Of a DNA stretch of 64,000 nucleotides, positions 49,482-59,727 are shown in pieces. How positions within the stretch are numbered: position 1 is the stretch's first letter; every line of letters begins with the position of its first letter. Position numbers and translations under genes: made by a program. The notes beneath the pieces are model-generated. The model saw nothing but the letters and a program-made list of their open reading frames with translations. It was not told the origin of the DNA and ran no database searches. This DNA comes from an uncultured Desulfarculus sp. Its GTDB lineage: Bacteria; Desulfobacterota; Desulfarculia; Desulfarculales; Desulfarculaceae. The DNA is taken from NCBI GenBank assembly GCA_963665125.2, contig CAXXUK010000001.1, positions 2,848,001 to 2,912,000 on the forward strand, written 5' to 3'.

Positions 49482-50324
49482 ATGAGCGCCGCCAGCGTTA
49501 AAATCCGCAATCTGACCCGCAGCGAACTGGACATGGCCGTGCAATGGGCCGCCGACGAGGGCTGGAATCCGGGCCTGCACGACGCCGACGCCTTCTGGGC
49601 CCAAGACTCCCAGGGCTTTTTCGGCATTGAGCAGGATGGCCGGATCGTCAACACGGTCAGCGCGGTGCGCTACGGAGATTCATACGCCTTTTGCGGTTTT
49701 TACATCACCAGGCCGGGGCTCCGGAACCAGGGTCTGGGCGCGCGGATGGTCCCATTTGTCTTTGAGCGCCTCGGCAAGCGCATCATCGGCGGCGACGGCG
49801 TGTTGGCCATGCAGGATTATTACAAGAGCCTGGGCTTTGAATTGGCCTTCCGCAGCGTGCGCTGCCAAGGCGACGGCGGCACAGATCCCAGCAACCAGAG
49901 CGTCGAACTTGCCACCCTGCCCTTTGATCATGTCCTGGCCTACGACAGCCTCTGTTTTCCCGAGCCGCGCCCGGAATTTCTGCGCAAATGGATCGCCATG
50001 CCCGGCAGCCACGCCCTGGGCATCCTTACCAACGGCAAACTCGGCGGCTACGGCGTAATCCGCCCCTGCCGCCTGGGCTGGAAGATCGGCCCCCTGTTCG
50101 CCGACAACCCGGAAATCGCCGAGGCCCTGTACCTGGACCTGCGCGCAAAAGCCGACTCCGGCCCGGTGTTCCTGGACGTGCCCCTGAACAATTCCGCCGC
50201 CGAGGCCATGGCCGACCGCTATGGCATGCAGCGCGTGTTCGAGACCGGCCGCATGTACAAAAACGGCCTGCCTCCCTGGCGCGACGAACTCGTCTTCGGC
50301 ATCACCACCTTTGAGCTAGGCTAG
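49482..50324 (+). CDS. GNAT N-acetyltransferase (YitH-like, two-domain)
   Basis: EGWNPG, RNQGLG, YKSLGF, KIGPLFA, TFELG. Confidence 0.88.
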   Translation: MSAASVKIRNLTRSELDMAVQWAADEGWNPGLHDADAFWAQDSQGFFGIEQDGRIVNTVSAVRYGDSYAFCGFYITRPGLRNQGLGARMVPFVFERLGKRIIGGDGVLAMQDYYKSLGFELAFRSVRCQGDGGTDPSNQSVELATLPFDHVLAYDSLCFPEPRPEFLRKWIAMPGSHALGILTNGKLGGYGVIRPCRLGWKIGPLFADNPEIAEALYLDLRAKADSGPVFLDVPLNNSAAEAMADRYGMQRVFETGRMYKNGLPPWRDELVFGITTFELG

Positions 50325-50362
50325 CCGAGGGCCCCCGCTCCCATGGCGGAGCAGTACTCGGT

Positions 50363-50451
50363 TGATCCAGCCCCGTTTAACGGTGTTGTCCGATGCCACT
50401 GCGGAAGAGCCGTAAGCAATCCGCCAGGCGGCGCTATTCACCGGAGTTCAA
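50363..50451 (+). mobile_element. degenerate remnant of the same IS3 element (left end plus start of orfA)
   Basis: tgatccagccc start; MPLRKSRKQSARRRYSPEFK aligns with MPSQKSQKKSTRRRYSPEFK. Confidence 0.8.
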
Positions 50452-50722
50452 GCCCAAGCCTATCTCCCCGGCCGCGTTGCCGACTTTACTGGTTTTCAGC
50501 ATCCAGGCTATTGAAACCGTCGCGATACCGTGAGTCTTTGGTTTGTACTTCACATGCCGCCTTGACTTGCAGGCCGCTGCTTAGCTAACGTTGTTTAGGT
50601 TCGCAAATACAATTCATCGCGACCCGTTGATTGCTCGACGTTGAGGCGGTTTCTCCTACGCTGTGCATCCTGCCCGCCGTGCGTTTCGTGCAAAAACTCA
50701 TTCTCAGTGCGGAGGACGACAC

Positions 50723-52378
50723 ATGGCGGCACAACTACAGCCTCTTGGCGGAATGGAAGCGGATCTATTCCAAAAAATCGACAAGGAAACCAACGACTTC
50801 TTGATGACGCGCTACAACGGCGTCAACCGCTGGGTCATCGGCGACATGATCCGGCGCAGCGCCTATCACTATCCTGACAAGATCGCCCTCATTGACGGCG
50901 ATATCAGCCGCACCTATTCCCAACTAGAAGACGACATCAACCAGACTGCTCAGGCTCTTTTGGGCATCGGCGTGCAAAAATACGACCGCGTGGCCATCCT
51001 GGCCCACAACACTTATCACCACGTCATCACCTGGCTGGGCTGCGCCAAAATCGGCGCCATCTACCTGGCCGTGAACTACCTTTTGCGCGGGGCGGACATC
51101 GCCTACTGCATAAACCACTCCGAGAGCAAGGTTTTCGTGATCGAGGACAGCCTGTTGGAGCTGGTCGATGGCGTTCTGGGCGACATGCCCACGGTAAAGA
51201 CGTTCCTGTGGTCGGCGGCCACGGGCCAAAACAGCCCGCCGGCCGGATTTGTCGATTTCGACCAGTGGCGGCTGGCGGCCCCGATCCAACAGCCCGAGGC
51301 CATTCTACGCATCGAAGACCCGGCCCAGATGACCTACACCAGCGGCACCGAGTCCAAACCCAAGGGCGTCATCATCAGCAACCAGGCGCTGATCGCCCAA
51401 TACATGGGCTGCATAATCGACGCGGGCTACGAGCCGGGTGACGTCAATCTAAACGCCCTGCCCATCTATCACTGCGCGGCCCGAGACGTGTTCATGAACC
51501 CCATCTTCTGGGTGGGCGGCACCAACGTGCTCATGGCCCCCGACGTGGGCCAGATCCTGGCCAATATAGAAAAGTACAAGGCCACCATGTTCTTCGCCCC
51601 GCCCACGGTGTGGATCGGCCTGCTGCGCCATCCCAAGTTCGACGACTATGACTTGTCCAGCCTGAAAAAGTGCTGTTACGGCGCATCGATCATGCCCGTG
51701 GAGATCCTCAAGGAGATGATGGAGCGGCTGCCCGGCGTCAAAGTCTACAACTTCTACGGCCAGACCGAGCTTGCCCCGTATCACACCATCCTCAAGGACG
51801 CCGACGCCATGACCAAGCTGGGCTCGGCGGGCAAGGGCGGCCTGCACATGGAAACCCGCCTGGAGGACGACGCGGGCCAGGCCATTACCGCAGTGGACAC
51901 ACCCGGCGAGATCTGCGGCCGCGGCCCCCACGCCATGACCATGTACTTCAAGGAGCCCGAAAAGACCGAGGAGGCCATGAAGGGCGGCTGGTTCCACTCC
52001 GGCGACCTGGGTGTCTACGACCAGGACAACTACGTCACCGTGGTGGACCGCAAAAAGGACATGATCAAGACAGGCGGCGAAAACGTACCCTCCCGGGAGG
52101 TGGAAGAGGCCATCTACCTGGACCGCAACGTCGAGGAGGTGGCGGTTATCGGCCTGGACCATCCCAAATGGGTGGAGGCAGTCACCGCCGTGGTGGTGGC
52201 CAAAAAGGACATGGTCATCGATCCGGACCAGCTCATTGAGCATTGCCGGACCAATCTGGCCCCGTTCAAGGTGCCCAAGAAGGTCATCGTGGTCGAGGCC
52301 CTGCCCAAGACGCCCACGGGCAAGATCCTCAAGCGCCAGATGCGCCAGGACTACAAAGGCGCGTTTGCCCAAGAATAA
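50723..52378 (+). CDS. fatty-acyl-CoA synthetase
   Basis: YTSGTESKPKG, FYGQTE, HSGDLG, DRKKDMIKTGGENV, TGKILK. Confidence 0.93.
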   Translation: MAAQLQPLGGMEADLFQKIDKETNDFLMTRYNGVNRWVIGDMIRRSAYHYPDKIALIDGDISRTYSQLEDDINQTAQALLGIGVQKYDRVAILAHNTYHHVITWLGCAKIGAIYLAVNYLLRGADIAYCINHSESKVFVIEDSLLELVDGVLGDMPTVKTFLWSAATGQNSPPAGFVDFDQWRLAAPIQQPEAILRIEDPAQMTYTSGTESKPKGVIISNQALIAQYMGCIIDAGYEPGDVNLNALPIYHCAARDVFMNPIFWVGGTNVLMAPDVGQILANIEKYKATMFFAPPTVWIGLLRHPKFDDYDLSSLKKCCYGASIMPVEILKEMMERLPGVKVYNFYGQTELAPYHTILKDADAMTKLGSAGKGGLHMETRLEDDAGQAITAVDTPGEICGRGPHAMTMYFKEPEKTEEAMKGGWFHSGDLGVYDQDNYVTVVDRKKDMIKTGGENVPSREVEEAIYLDRNVEEVAVIGLDHPKWVEAVTAVVVAKKDMVIDPDQLIEHCRTNLAPFKVPKKVIVVEALPKTPTGKILKRQMRQDYKGAFAQE

Positions 52379-52422
52379 ACCACGCGCCGCCGGTCATCCC
52401 CGGCAGCCGTAAAAACAGACAA

Positions 52423-52458
52423 GGGGCTGGGTCGAAAGGCCCGGCCTGTTTTTTGTTT
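52423..52458 (+). terminator. rho-independent terminator
   Basis: GGGCTGGGTC-GAAA-GGCCCGGCCT followed by GTTTTTT. Confidence 0.7.
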
Positions 52459-52683
52459 CTGCGGCACTTGGCTAATAAAGGCCGGCAAGCCTTTTAATGC
52501 GACTTACTCCAGGCCCAAATGACGAGACCTATACACACCATCATAAAGCTCCAATTAAAATTCTTTACAGTTAAATGCCTGCGTGTTAAAAGCACAAAAG
52601 TACTATTCGATTAATACGTATATTGCTTTAAGATTTACACTATGTGTATATTTTTATATTGCGTTGTCTAAGAGGGGGTAAAG

Positions 52684-53652
52684 ATGGACGCACAGTCAAG
52701 ATATCTAGATATTGAAGCATCCACTCTCAATGTTGATATTCAAAATCTAAAGCACTGCCAACTTGATTACACGCAGTTTTCCACAAAATTATTTACGCTG
52801 ACTCTGGCCGCCATCGGCGCCGTGCTATTGGCTTTGCCCGCAATCCTTGAAAGAAACCAAATATTTGATTTATCAGGTACAATTATCATTTTCATTGCTG
52901 CATTAATTTGCTTTTCACTTTCAGCAATTTTGGTTTACTCGTTGCCAATCTTCGCTTGGATCATTATTCATAAATGCCGCTCAATCTTTAGAATGATTAG
53001 TTATCTTAGGATATTGGAATGGATAAAAAAGGACGAACACAATAGAATAAAGTTTTGGCAGGGATACGAAATCTCTTACAGAAGCATACGCCAACATTCA
53101 TGGCTTAAGGCAAGAACGCTAGAATCGGGTGGTTCCAGCGATGATTATGAATTTTGGCGAAAAAAAATGCATATAAAATTCAAAGACGACAACGCCAAAG
53201 AGCCAAACGAAGCCTTAAAAAAGATAAACACTGAAGTTAACGATGCCGGTGTATGGAAAGAAGAAAATAGAGAAGAATCTTTTTATATAGGTAATTATTA
53301 TGAAAAATTAATTGGGTATATCAGCAGGCTTATGTTCATTGCCTTGGCTATGGATTTTGCCGTATTGACACTTACAGTTATTTACGCAATCGCATTTTAT
53401 TATTTCAATTATTGTTGTTTTGGTATTAAGCCGAATCACCCACTAACCTGTATTTTTGTCATAGGTATAAATATCATCGTAATGGCTTTTGCGTTTTATA
53501 TACTCTGCAAGCGTTACTATCAAAAATCAAAGCAAAACGATCGATATATTCTCGAGCTAAACATGCTGCCGTTTTCCCAGGAAGCCCAGTTTTTCATGTG
53601 GTGCTGGGCCCTAAATATCAACCCTCGGGAAATTGATCCGGACTGTATTTAG
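52684..53652 (+). CDS. AT-rich orphan membrane protein (two TM pairs around a charged loop)
   Basis: 322-aa ORF with GAGGGGG SD; visibly lower GC than flanks. Confidence 0.7.
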   Translation: MDAQSRYLDIEASTLNVDIQNLKHCQLDYTQFSTKLFTLTLAAIGAVLLALPAILERNQIFDLSGTIIIFIAALICFSLSAILVYSLPIFAWIIIHKCRSIFRMISYLRILEWIKKDEHNRIKFWQGYEISYRSIRQHSWLKARTLESGGSSDDYEFWRKKMHIKFKDDNAKEPNEALKKINTEVNDAGVWKEENREESFYIGNYYEKLIGYISRLMFIALAMDFAVLTLTVIYAIAFYYFNYCCFGIKPNHPLTCIFVIGINIIVMAFAFYILCKRYYQKSKQNDRYILELNMLPFSQEAQFFMWCWALNINPREIDPDCI

Positions 53653-53724
53653 CTTATTGATCAACCCAAACACGCCCAGAGGAAACGGGCTCTTTGATAG
53701 AGCATACGGCACACCCGCTCAGGT

Positions 53725-55947
53725 CTATTTGGTCGTCTTGGTTTCCACCCCGTCCCAGTCTTCCGGCGGCGGGGCTTGATCGTAGGCCCGGCAGCGGTCG
53801 GCGAGCAAGCGGCAGGCCGCGTCGGCCTGACCGGAACGGTCGATGCTTTCCAGGACTTCCAGCGCTTCCTGGAATTGCCGCTGCTGATACATGTCAAAGG
53901 CGCCGGCGTATTGATCCAAGTATTGCGGGATGTCTTCCCCGGCCCCGGCAACCAGTTCATATATGGCCACGGGTTCCTTTTTGCCCTTAACCCTGATCAG
54001 ATCCAGGACCCGGAAGCGGAACTCGTCGCCGCACATTTCGCGGGTGGACATGCTCACGACTATTTCAACGCCGTACTCCCTGGTCTGGCCCTCCAGGCGC
54101 GAGGCAAGGTTCACGTTGTCGCCGATGACGGTGTAATCGAAGCGAAGTCTGGAGCCCATGTTGCCCACCACCATGGGCCCGCTGTTGACACCCACGCCCA
54201 CTGTAAGGTTGCGGCCCTGGGCCTGGGGCAGGTCGCGGTTGAGCCGGGCCACCCTGGCCACCATGGCCAAGGCCGCGCGGCAGGCCCGCCGGGCGTGGTC
54301 GGGCTGGTCCACCGGCGCGCCGAACACGGCCATGACGCTGTCGCCGATGTACTTGTCCACCAGGCCGCCGTTTTCCAGAATCACCTCGGTCATGGCGTCT
54401 GTAAAGGCGTTTAAAAGACTGGCCAGGTCCACCGGATCCATGCCCTCGGCCAGGCTGGTGAATCCCCGGATATCCACGAACAAGACGCTGAGTTCCTTGC
54501 GCTCGCCGCCCAACTTGAGCTGATCCGGGTTGTCCATGATCTGCTCTATGACCGCCGGGCTCAGATAATGCTGGAAGGTCTTGCGGACCTGGCGTTTTTC
54601 CCTGGCCTCCACCAGATAGCGGTAGGCCGTCACGGCCACGGCGGTCAGGAATAGCGCCCCCAGGGGGAAGATGAGGTTGACCAGATATCCGGCCACGAAA
54701 AGCCGGTATCCGCCGTAGAGCGCGCCGAACCACAAAAGGGTGGTCAGGCCGGCCGCCAACCAGGCCCTGCTCAGGCTCATCAGCCAGGCGCCCAGCAGGC
54801 ACAGGGCCAGCATGGCCCCCAGGTCCCAGAAGGTCATCAGCGGCGTGCGCACCAGAAAACCGCCGCTGAGGATATTGTCCATGGTCTGGGCGTGGATCAT
54901 GGCCCCGGGAAGCTGGCGGTTGAACGGCGTGGGCAGCCGGTCGTGCACGCCCATGGCCGATACGTTTATCAATACCGCCATGTCCTTGAAGGAATGGGGC
55001 AGCTTGCGGTGTTCCAGGATATCGGTGGCCTCCACATCGGGCATGGCCGCCGAGCCGCCCAAATACCTGACGCGCAGCATGCCTTCCTGGTCCACCGGTA
55101 TGGTTCTGTCGCCCAGCCGGATTTCATCCAGGCCGTGCTCGGCCACATAGAGCCGGGGCAGTTCAAGATCCATCAGCCGGGCCAGCATGGCCAGGGAAAG
55201 CGATGGGTAGAACTGATCGCCGCACCGGGCGGCCAGGGCCAGCCTGCGCACCGAGCCGTCCACGTCGGGCCGCACGTTGTAGTAGCCCGCGAAGTTGTTG
55301 ACCTCCTCCAGGACCTGCTGGTTGTTTTCCGGCACGTAACAGGAAAACACCGGCGCGCTGTCCATGGCCTTTTCATTTTGATAGGCCACCTGCTTGAAGG
55401 CGTATTTGCCGATGCGGGCGCGCCGTTGGGCCACTTCCTCGTCGCTCAAATAGGCTACGTCGCTTTTATCGGTGTGAAAGAAAAAGCCCAGGACCACGTC
55501 GCCGGGCGGCTGGGCCATGGCCTGGGCCAAGACCAGGTCCGGGTGGTTTTCCAAAAGAATTTTTTCCAGGTCGATGGGCTTGCCCTGGGCCGCGTCCTGG
55601 GCCATCTGCACCACGGCCTCAAGGGGAATGGCCTGTTCGGGCTCGAAAAAGCCCATGTCCAGGCCGATGCACTTGGCCCCCTGATCTTTGATCTCGGAGA
55701 GTAGCGCGGCCATCTTGCGGCGGGACCAGGGCCAGCGCCCCTGTTCGTCCAGGCTGCGCTCGCCGATGGACACCACCACCACCTTGCCGCTTTGGGCCTT
55801 GACCGGCCCCCTGTACAGGAAAAGGGCGTCTTCCACCTTGAGCTGCATCAGCTCCAGAAACGGCAGCCCGGCCATATAGACCGCCCCGGCCAGAATAAAG
55901 ACCGCCAGGCCCATGGCCAGGGGTATGAAAAAGCGGTTGTGGATAAT
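53725..55947 (-). CDS. CHASE2-domain class III adenylate cyclase
   Basis: GRWPWSR, D.DG.VRR, H..HAQ CHASE2 motifs, 3 TM; FVDIRGFT, DKYIGD, DYTVIGDNVNLASRLEG, VKGK; start at ATT 55947 or ATG 55914. Confidence 0.93.
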   Translation of the reverse strand: MIHNRFFIPLAMGLAVFILAGAVYMAGLPFLELMQLKVEDALFLYRGPVKAQSGKVVVVSIGERSLDEQGRWPWSRRKMAALLSEIKDQGAKCIGLDMGFFEPEQAIPLEAVVQMAQDAAQGKPIDLEKILLENHPDLVLAQAMAQPPGDVVLGFFFHTDKSDVAYLSDEEVAQRRARIGKYAFKQVAYQNEKAMDSAPVFSCYVPENNQQVLEEVNNFAGYYNVRPDVDGSVRRLALAARCGDQFYPSLSLAMLARLMDLELPRLYVAEHGLDEIRLGDRTIPVDQEGMLRVRYLGGSAAMPDVEATDILEHRKLPHSFKDMAVLINVSAMGVHDRLPTPFNRQLPGAMIHAQTMDNILSGGFLVRTPLMTFWDLGAMLALCLLGAWLMSLSRAWLAAGLTTLLWFGALYGGYRLFVAGYLVNLIFPLGALFLTAVAVTAYRYLVEAREKRQVRKTFQHYLSPAVIEQIMDNPDQLKLGGERKELSVLFVDIRGFTSLAEGMDPVDLASLLNAFTDAMTEVILENGGLVDKYIGDSVMAVFGAPVDQPDHARRACRAALAMVARVARLNRDLPQAQGRNLTVGVGVNSGPMVVGNMGSRLRFDYTVIGDNVNLASRLEGQTREYGVEIVVSMSTREMCGDEFRFRVLDLIRVKGKKEPVAIYELVAGAGEDIPQYLDQYAGAFDMYQQRQFQEALEVLESIDRSGQADAACRLLADRCRAYDQAPPPEDWDGVETKTTK

Positions 55948-56025
55948 GGCCGAGCCTCCCCTAAAAGGCCGGAGCCGGGCTGAGATGAGCCCGGCCCGCG
56001 TTATAAAAACCGATTTGACAATTGC

Positions 56026-59000
56026 TTACTTTGACATCTTCACATATCCGGTGGCGGACCATCGGTCGTCCAAAGAGCTCTTGACGGCCCAGACACCGGC
56101 CATGTGATCTCCGTTGGTTCCGTAAAATGCCCCGTTGATCCTTGACTCATTTATGGTTTTTGATGTTCCGCCCCTACTGATGGATTTGGTACCGCAAAAA
56201 GTATCTATGGACCATTCATTACCGCCGGTTATATTTCCGCTGGCGCAATTTATGTTGACCGACCTCTCCGACGCCCCAGACTGGCCGTTGCTGACGTCGA
56301 GGGTGAAATCGCTGATAGCGCCACTGCTGAAAATTACCTTGCATCCCACGGAACCACTCACTTCATTGCCATCGGCGAACATGCCTTTGGCGGAACCGGA
56401 AAAGGTATATTGGGTGCTGCCGCTGGGCATGGTGGAGGTCTTGGTGCCGGTTACGTAATATCCCTTTGTCGGGAAGTCGTAGCTGTTACTGGTTACAGCC
56501 TCGGTAAAGTTCAATGTATCCGACTGCCAGTAGCCCCAGCTCAGAATTTCGGTTCCACACTCGCTTTCCGAACCGTCCTTATGAATGGTGATGTCATAGG
56601 CCGGGCTACCCAAATCAGTGAGGTTGTTTATCTGTACGTTTTTCAGGTAGTCAAACCCACCGGCTGCATTCAGCCCCCCGGCGCTTCCGACACGATAGGC
56701 TATGACATCGGCTCCACTGCCGAAATTCTGGGCCGTATTGCTGGCGAAAAGGGCCCTGGCGGCGGAGTCGTCCAGCGCCATGGTGGTAAAAAAGCCATAG
56801 CCGGTGAGGGTGCCGCCCGCGCCGCCTTTGTCCACTGCGTAGATTCCGGCGGCCGCATCCGCGCCGCCGTTGAAGTCGGCCTGCCATTCGCCGCCCAGAT
56901 AGTCGTTGTTGCTGCCGTACACCGCGCCGTTGATATCATAATCGTCGGCCACCGCTGGCGCGACCGCGCCCTTGGTCAGTTCCACCGACGCGCCGCTGAT
57001 GTTGAATGTATAGGGAGAAGAACCGGAAATGATTCCCGTGCCGCCGCTGGCCGTAATCAGAATCAGGTCGGCTCCGATCTTGCCGTTACTGACGTTAAAA
57101 CCGAAATCCGTGATCGCCTTAGTGGAAAAATTAACCTGGCAACTGCCGGTTCCAGATAGCAGATCGCCGTTGCTGAAGCTGCCGTAGGCCACGCCGTTAA
57201 AGGTGTAGATATTACTGGTCAGGATGCCGGTCGACGGTGTTCCGGTGATGTAGTGGCCGTATTCGCTCATGGTGTAGTCGGTGGCGCCCACGCTGAATGT
57301 GTCATCGGTGGTGGACCACTTGCCCCATTCCAACACCGTGCTTCCCGACTCGCTCTTGCTGCCCAGGCTGTGGGTGGATATAGCGTGCCGCGCGGCGCTG
57401 ACGTCGCTGTCCACGCCGCCTATCTTGAGGGTGACGATGCGGTTGAAGCCCGGTTGGATCTCCATGTAGTTGGCGGTGGGGTCGTTGTGGTCCCTGGCGG
57501 TGGCCTCGCTGCTGAAGTTCTGGAGAGCGGTTGTGGAACCGCCGCCGACGATGGAGCCCATGGCCCTGTAGGCGGGCGCGCCGCCGGAGTTCATCACCAG
57601 GCGGGTGAAATAGCCCTTGCCGGTGAGCTTGGTGGAATATTCGCCCTGCTTGGTCGTGGCAAAGTAACCGCTGGCCGCATGGGAGCCGCTGGTGCCGTAT
57701 TGGGCCGACCAGACTCCGCCCGCCGCGCCGCCGCCGTTTCCGAAAAACGCCCCGTTAAGGCTGGATTCACTTATGTTCTTGCTGGTTCCACCCGCGGTGA
57801 TTGTTCCGTCGGACCAGGCAGTGACCTTGAAAGTGTCGCTGGTGATGGTCCCCGTGCCGCCTTTCAACACCACGGAGTTGTTGCCGCCGTCGTTTACGTT
57901 GAGATAAAAGTCGGTAACCGCCGAGGTGCCGAAGTTGAATGCGCCGTACACCGAGCCCGAAAGGTCGGCCCCGTTGGCCATGATGCCCCCGGCCGTGCCG
58001 GTGTATTGATACATGCTGGTGGCGGGCAGGTTGCTGGCGTCGTATCCCTGGACCCAATATCCCTTGAGGATGGTCAGACGCCCCGAACTGGTATCGACGG
58101 TCGTGGTGGCCGCGGTCCACGAACCCCAATTCATGTTTGAGTTGCTGCCGATCTGGGTGATGGAAATATCATAGTCCGGCGAGCCCATGGTGGTCTCGTT
58201 GCCGCCGAGAATGCAGCGGGTCAAATAGGCAAACCCTTCGGATGCGTACAAGCCGCTGCCATCGGCCACGGTTTCTCCGTTGCCAAAGTTCTGTTTGCCG
58301 GTGCTGGCGAAAAGGCCCTTGACACTGGTGCCGCTGACCATCATGCCGCTGAAATAGCCTTTTCTGGTCAGCTTGGCCACCGGAGTGGGCGTGGCTGTGG
58401 GTGTTGCCGTGGGCGTGGCTGTGGGTGTTGCCGTGGGCGTGGCTGTCGGCGTGGCCGTTGGTGTTGCCGTGGGCGTGGCCGTTGGTGTTGCCGTGGGCGT
58501 GGCTGTCGGCGTCGCCGTGGGCGTGGCCGTTGGTGTTGCCGTGGGCGTGGCCGTGGGCGTGGCCGTGGGCGTGGCCGTGGGCGTCGGGGTGGGAGTGGGC
58601 GTCGGCTCATCCTCATTGACGATCGTAAGGGTGGTCAACGTCTGGGCCGCGTCACCGGCACCTTGCTCACCCCCAACAGATCCCCCCGTGCCGCCGGAAC
58701 CGGAACCGCTGCCACTGCCGCTGCCGGAACCGCCGCCGCCGCCACCGCTGCCGCCGCCGCCGTCGTCATCGCCTCCATCATCATCGCCGCCGCCGGAACC
58801 GGAACCGCTGCCACTACCGCTACCGCTACCGGAACCGGCGCTGCCGCCGGATCCGCCGCCGCCCAGGGCCATGGAGGCCCACTGTTGGACCACTCCGGCG
58901 GGCATGGGCTGTGTAAAAACGCCCCCCAAGGGGCCGAGGGTCGCCATCTGGCCCGCCGGCACACTGACAATCTGCCCCGTGGCGAGACTTGTTACAGACA

Positions 59001-59682
59001 ACGAACCAAAAAAACTATAGAAAAGGGTTGTAGAGCCCGTTCCGCCGCCCAATTGGGCCAAACTGGGGACCCCGCCCGATGCGTCGGCCACCAAAACCGG
59101 ACGTCCCATGGCCTTGCCGGTGTTTTCCTCGACAACCTCCACGCCGAACAGGGTGCCGCGCACGCCGGCCAGGGCGTTGGGGGTCTCCACGGTGAGAGTC
59201 GTCTTTTTATATTTGAGCAGGGGCAGGACATAGAAAAGCGCCTTGCCCTTCATCAGCTGGGTGGTGGTCTTTTTTTCCTTGGTCAGGGGATCATCAAGGT
59301 AGTCCTTGATAACGAAATGGGCATCAGGCCCCAAGGCCACCAAATCCTTGCTGGTGAACTTAAGCACCAGACGCGAGTTCTTGAGGGTGTAAAAGGTGTC
59401 CTGCTGGTAGACGTCGTCGCCCCCGGCCGTGAAATATGCCTGTTTGGTCGCGGTGTGCAGGGCCACCGCCTCCCCCGTTTGCTTGTGAACAACGGCCGCC
59501 GGTTTGCCTGAAAGGGGAATAAAACTCCTTTGCACATCAACGCCCGCAAGGGCGGCGGGCATAGCCGATGTGGTGACGGCCTTGCCCCTAACGGGCTGAT
59601 CTTGTGCCGCAGCCGGTACCGCCAAGGCGGCCAGCAGCCACAGCGCACCCAGCAAAGAAATGGTTTTTTTACGTTCAAACAT
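56026..59682 (-). CDS. secreted FecR-domain protein with Gly/Ser and Pro/Thr linkers and three TbpB-like barrel repeats
   Basis: SPI signal, TPNALAGVRGTLF FecR motif; three ~250-aa repeats ending NGAFFG..GGVW / NGAVYG..GGEW / NGAFYG..AGVW. Confidence 0.8.
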   Translation of the reverse strand: MFERKKTISLLGALWLLAALAVPAAAQDQPVRGKAVTTSAMPAALAGVDVQRSFIPLSGKPAAVVHKQTGEAVALHTATKQAYFTAGGDDVYQQDTFYTLKNSRLVLKFTSKDLVALGPDAHFVIKDYLDDPLTKEKKTTTQLMKGKALFYVLPLLKYKKTTLTVETPNALAGVRGTLFGVEVVEENTGKAMGRPVLVADASGGVPSLAQLGGGTGSTTLFYSFFGSLSVTSLATGQIVSVPAGQMATLGPLGGVFTQPMPAGVVQQWASMALGGGGSGGSAGSGSGSGSGSGSGSGGGDDDGGDDDGGGGSGGGGGGSGSGSGSGSGSGGTGGSVGGEQGAGDAAQTLTTLTIVNEDEPTPTPTPTPTATPTATPTATPTATPTATPTATPTATPTATPTATPTATPTATPTATPTATPTATPTATPTATPTPVAKLTRKGYFSGMMVSGTSVKGLFASTGKQNFGNGETVADGSGLYASEGFAYLTRCILGGNETTMGSPDYDISITQIGSNSNMNWGSWTAATTTVDTSSGRLTILKGYWVQGYDASNLPATSMYQYTGTAGGIMANGADLSGSVYGAFNFGTSAVTDFYLNVNDGGNNSVVLKGGTGTITSDTFKVTAWSDGTITAGGTSKNISESSLNGAFFGNGGGAAGGVWSAQYGTSGSHAASGYFATTKQGEYSTKLTGKGYFTRLVMNSGGAPAYRAMGSIVGGGSTTALQNFSSEATARDHNDPTANYMEIQPGFNRIVTLKIGGVDSDVSAARHAISTHSLGSKSESGSTVLEWGKWSTTDDTFSVGATDYTMSEYGHYITGTPSTGILTSNIYTFNGVAYGSFSNGDLLSGTGSCQVNFSTKAITDFGFNVSNGKIGADLILITASGGTGIISGSSPYTFNISGASVELTKGAVAPAVADDYDINGAVYGSNNDYLGGEWQADFNGGADAAAGIYAVDKGGAGGTLTGYGFFTTMALDDSAARALFASNTAQNFGSGADVIAYRVGSAGGLNAAGGFDYLKNVQINNLTDLGSPAYDITIHKDGSESECGTEILSWGYWQSDTLNFTEAVTSNSYDFPTKGYYVTGTKTSTMPSGSTQYTFSGSAKGMFADGNEVSGSVGCKVIFSSGAISDFTLDVSNGQSGASERSVNINCASGNITGGNEWSIDTFCGTKSISRGGTSKTINESRINGAFYGTNGDHMAGVWAVKSSLDDRWSATGYVKMSK
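58381..58603 (-). repeat. 12-bp tandem repeat encoding (PTAT)n
   Basis: GCCACGCCCACG-like units with synonymous variation. Confidence 0.95.
58689..58864 (-). repeat. Gly/Ser/Asp low-complexity linker
   Basis: GGGGSGGSAGSGSGSGSG...GDDDGGDDDGGG... Confidence 0.9.
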
Positions 59683-59727
59683 GTTTCCCTCCCCAAGGGC
59701 GGATAACACATGGCAACAATTCAGAGT

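Noticed and set aside
52684..55947. Pycsar/CBASS-like cyclase plus TM effector pair
   Set aside because: genes are convergent and differ in GC; the cyclase is a CHASE2 receptor type belonging to the upstream operon
58373..59020. (VGVA)n ORF and other repeat-rich ORFs over the PTAT tract; possible CRISPR-like array
   Set aside because: antisense or alternative-frame shadows of the coding repeat; 12-bp tandem units without spacers
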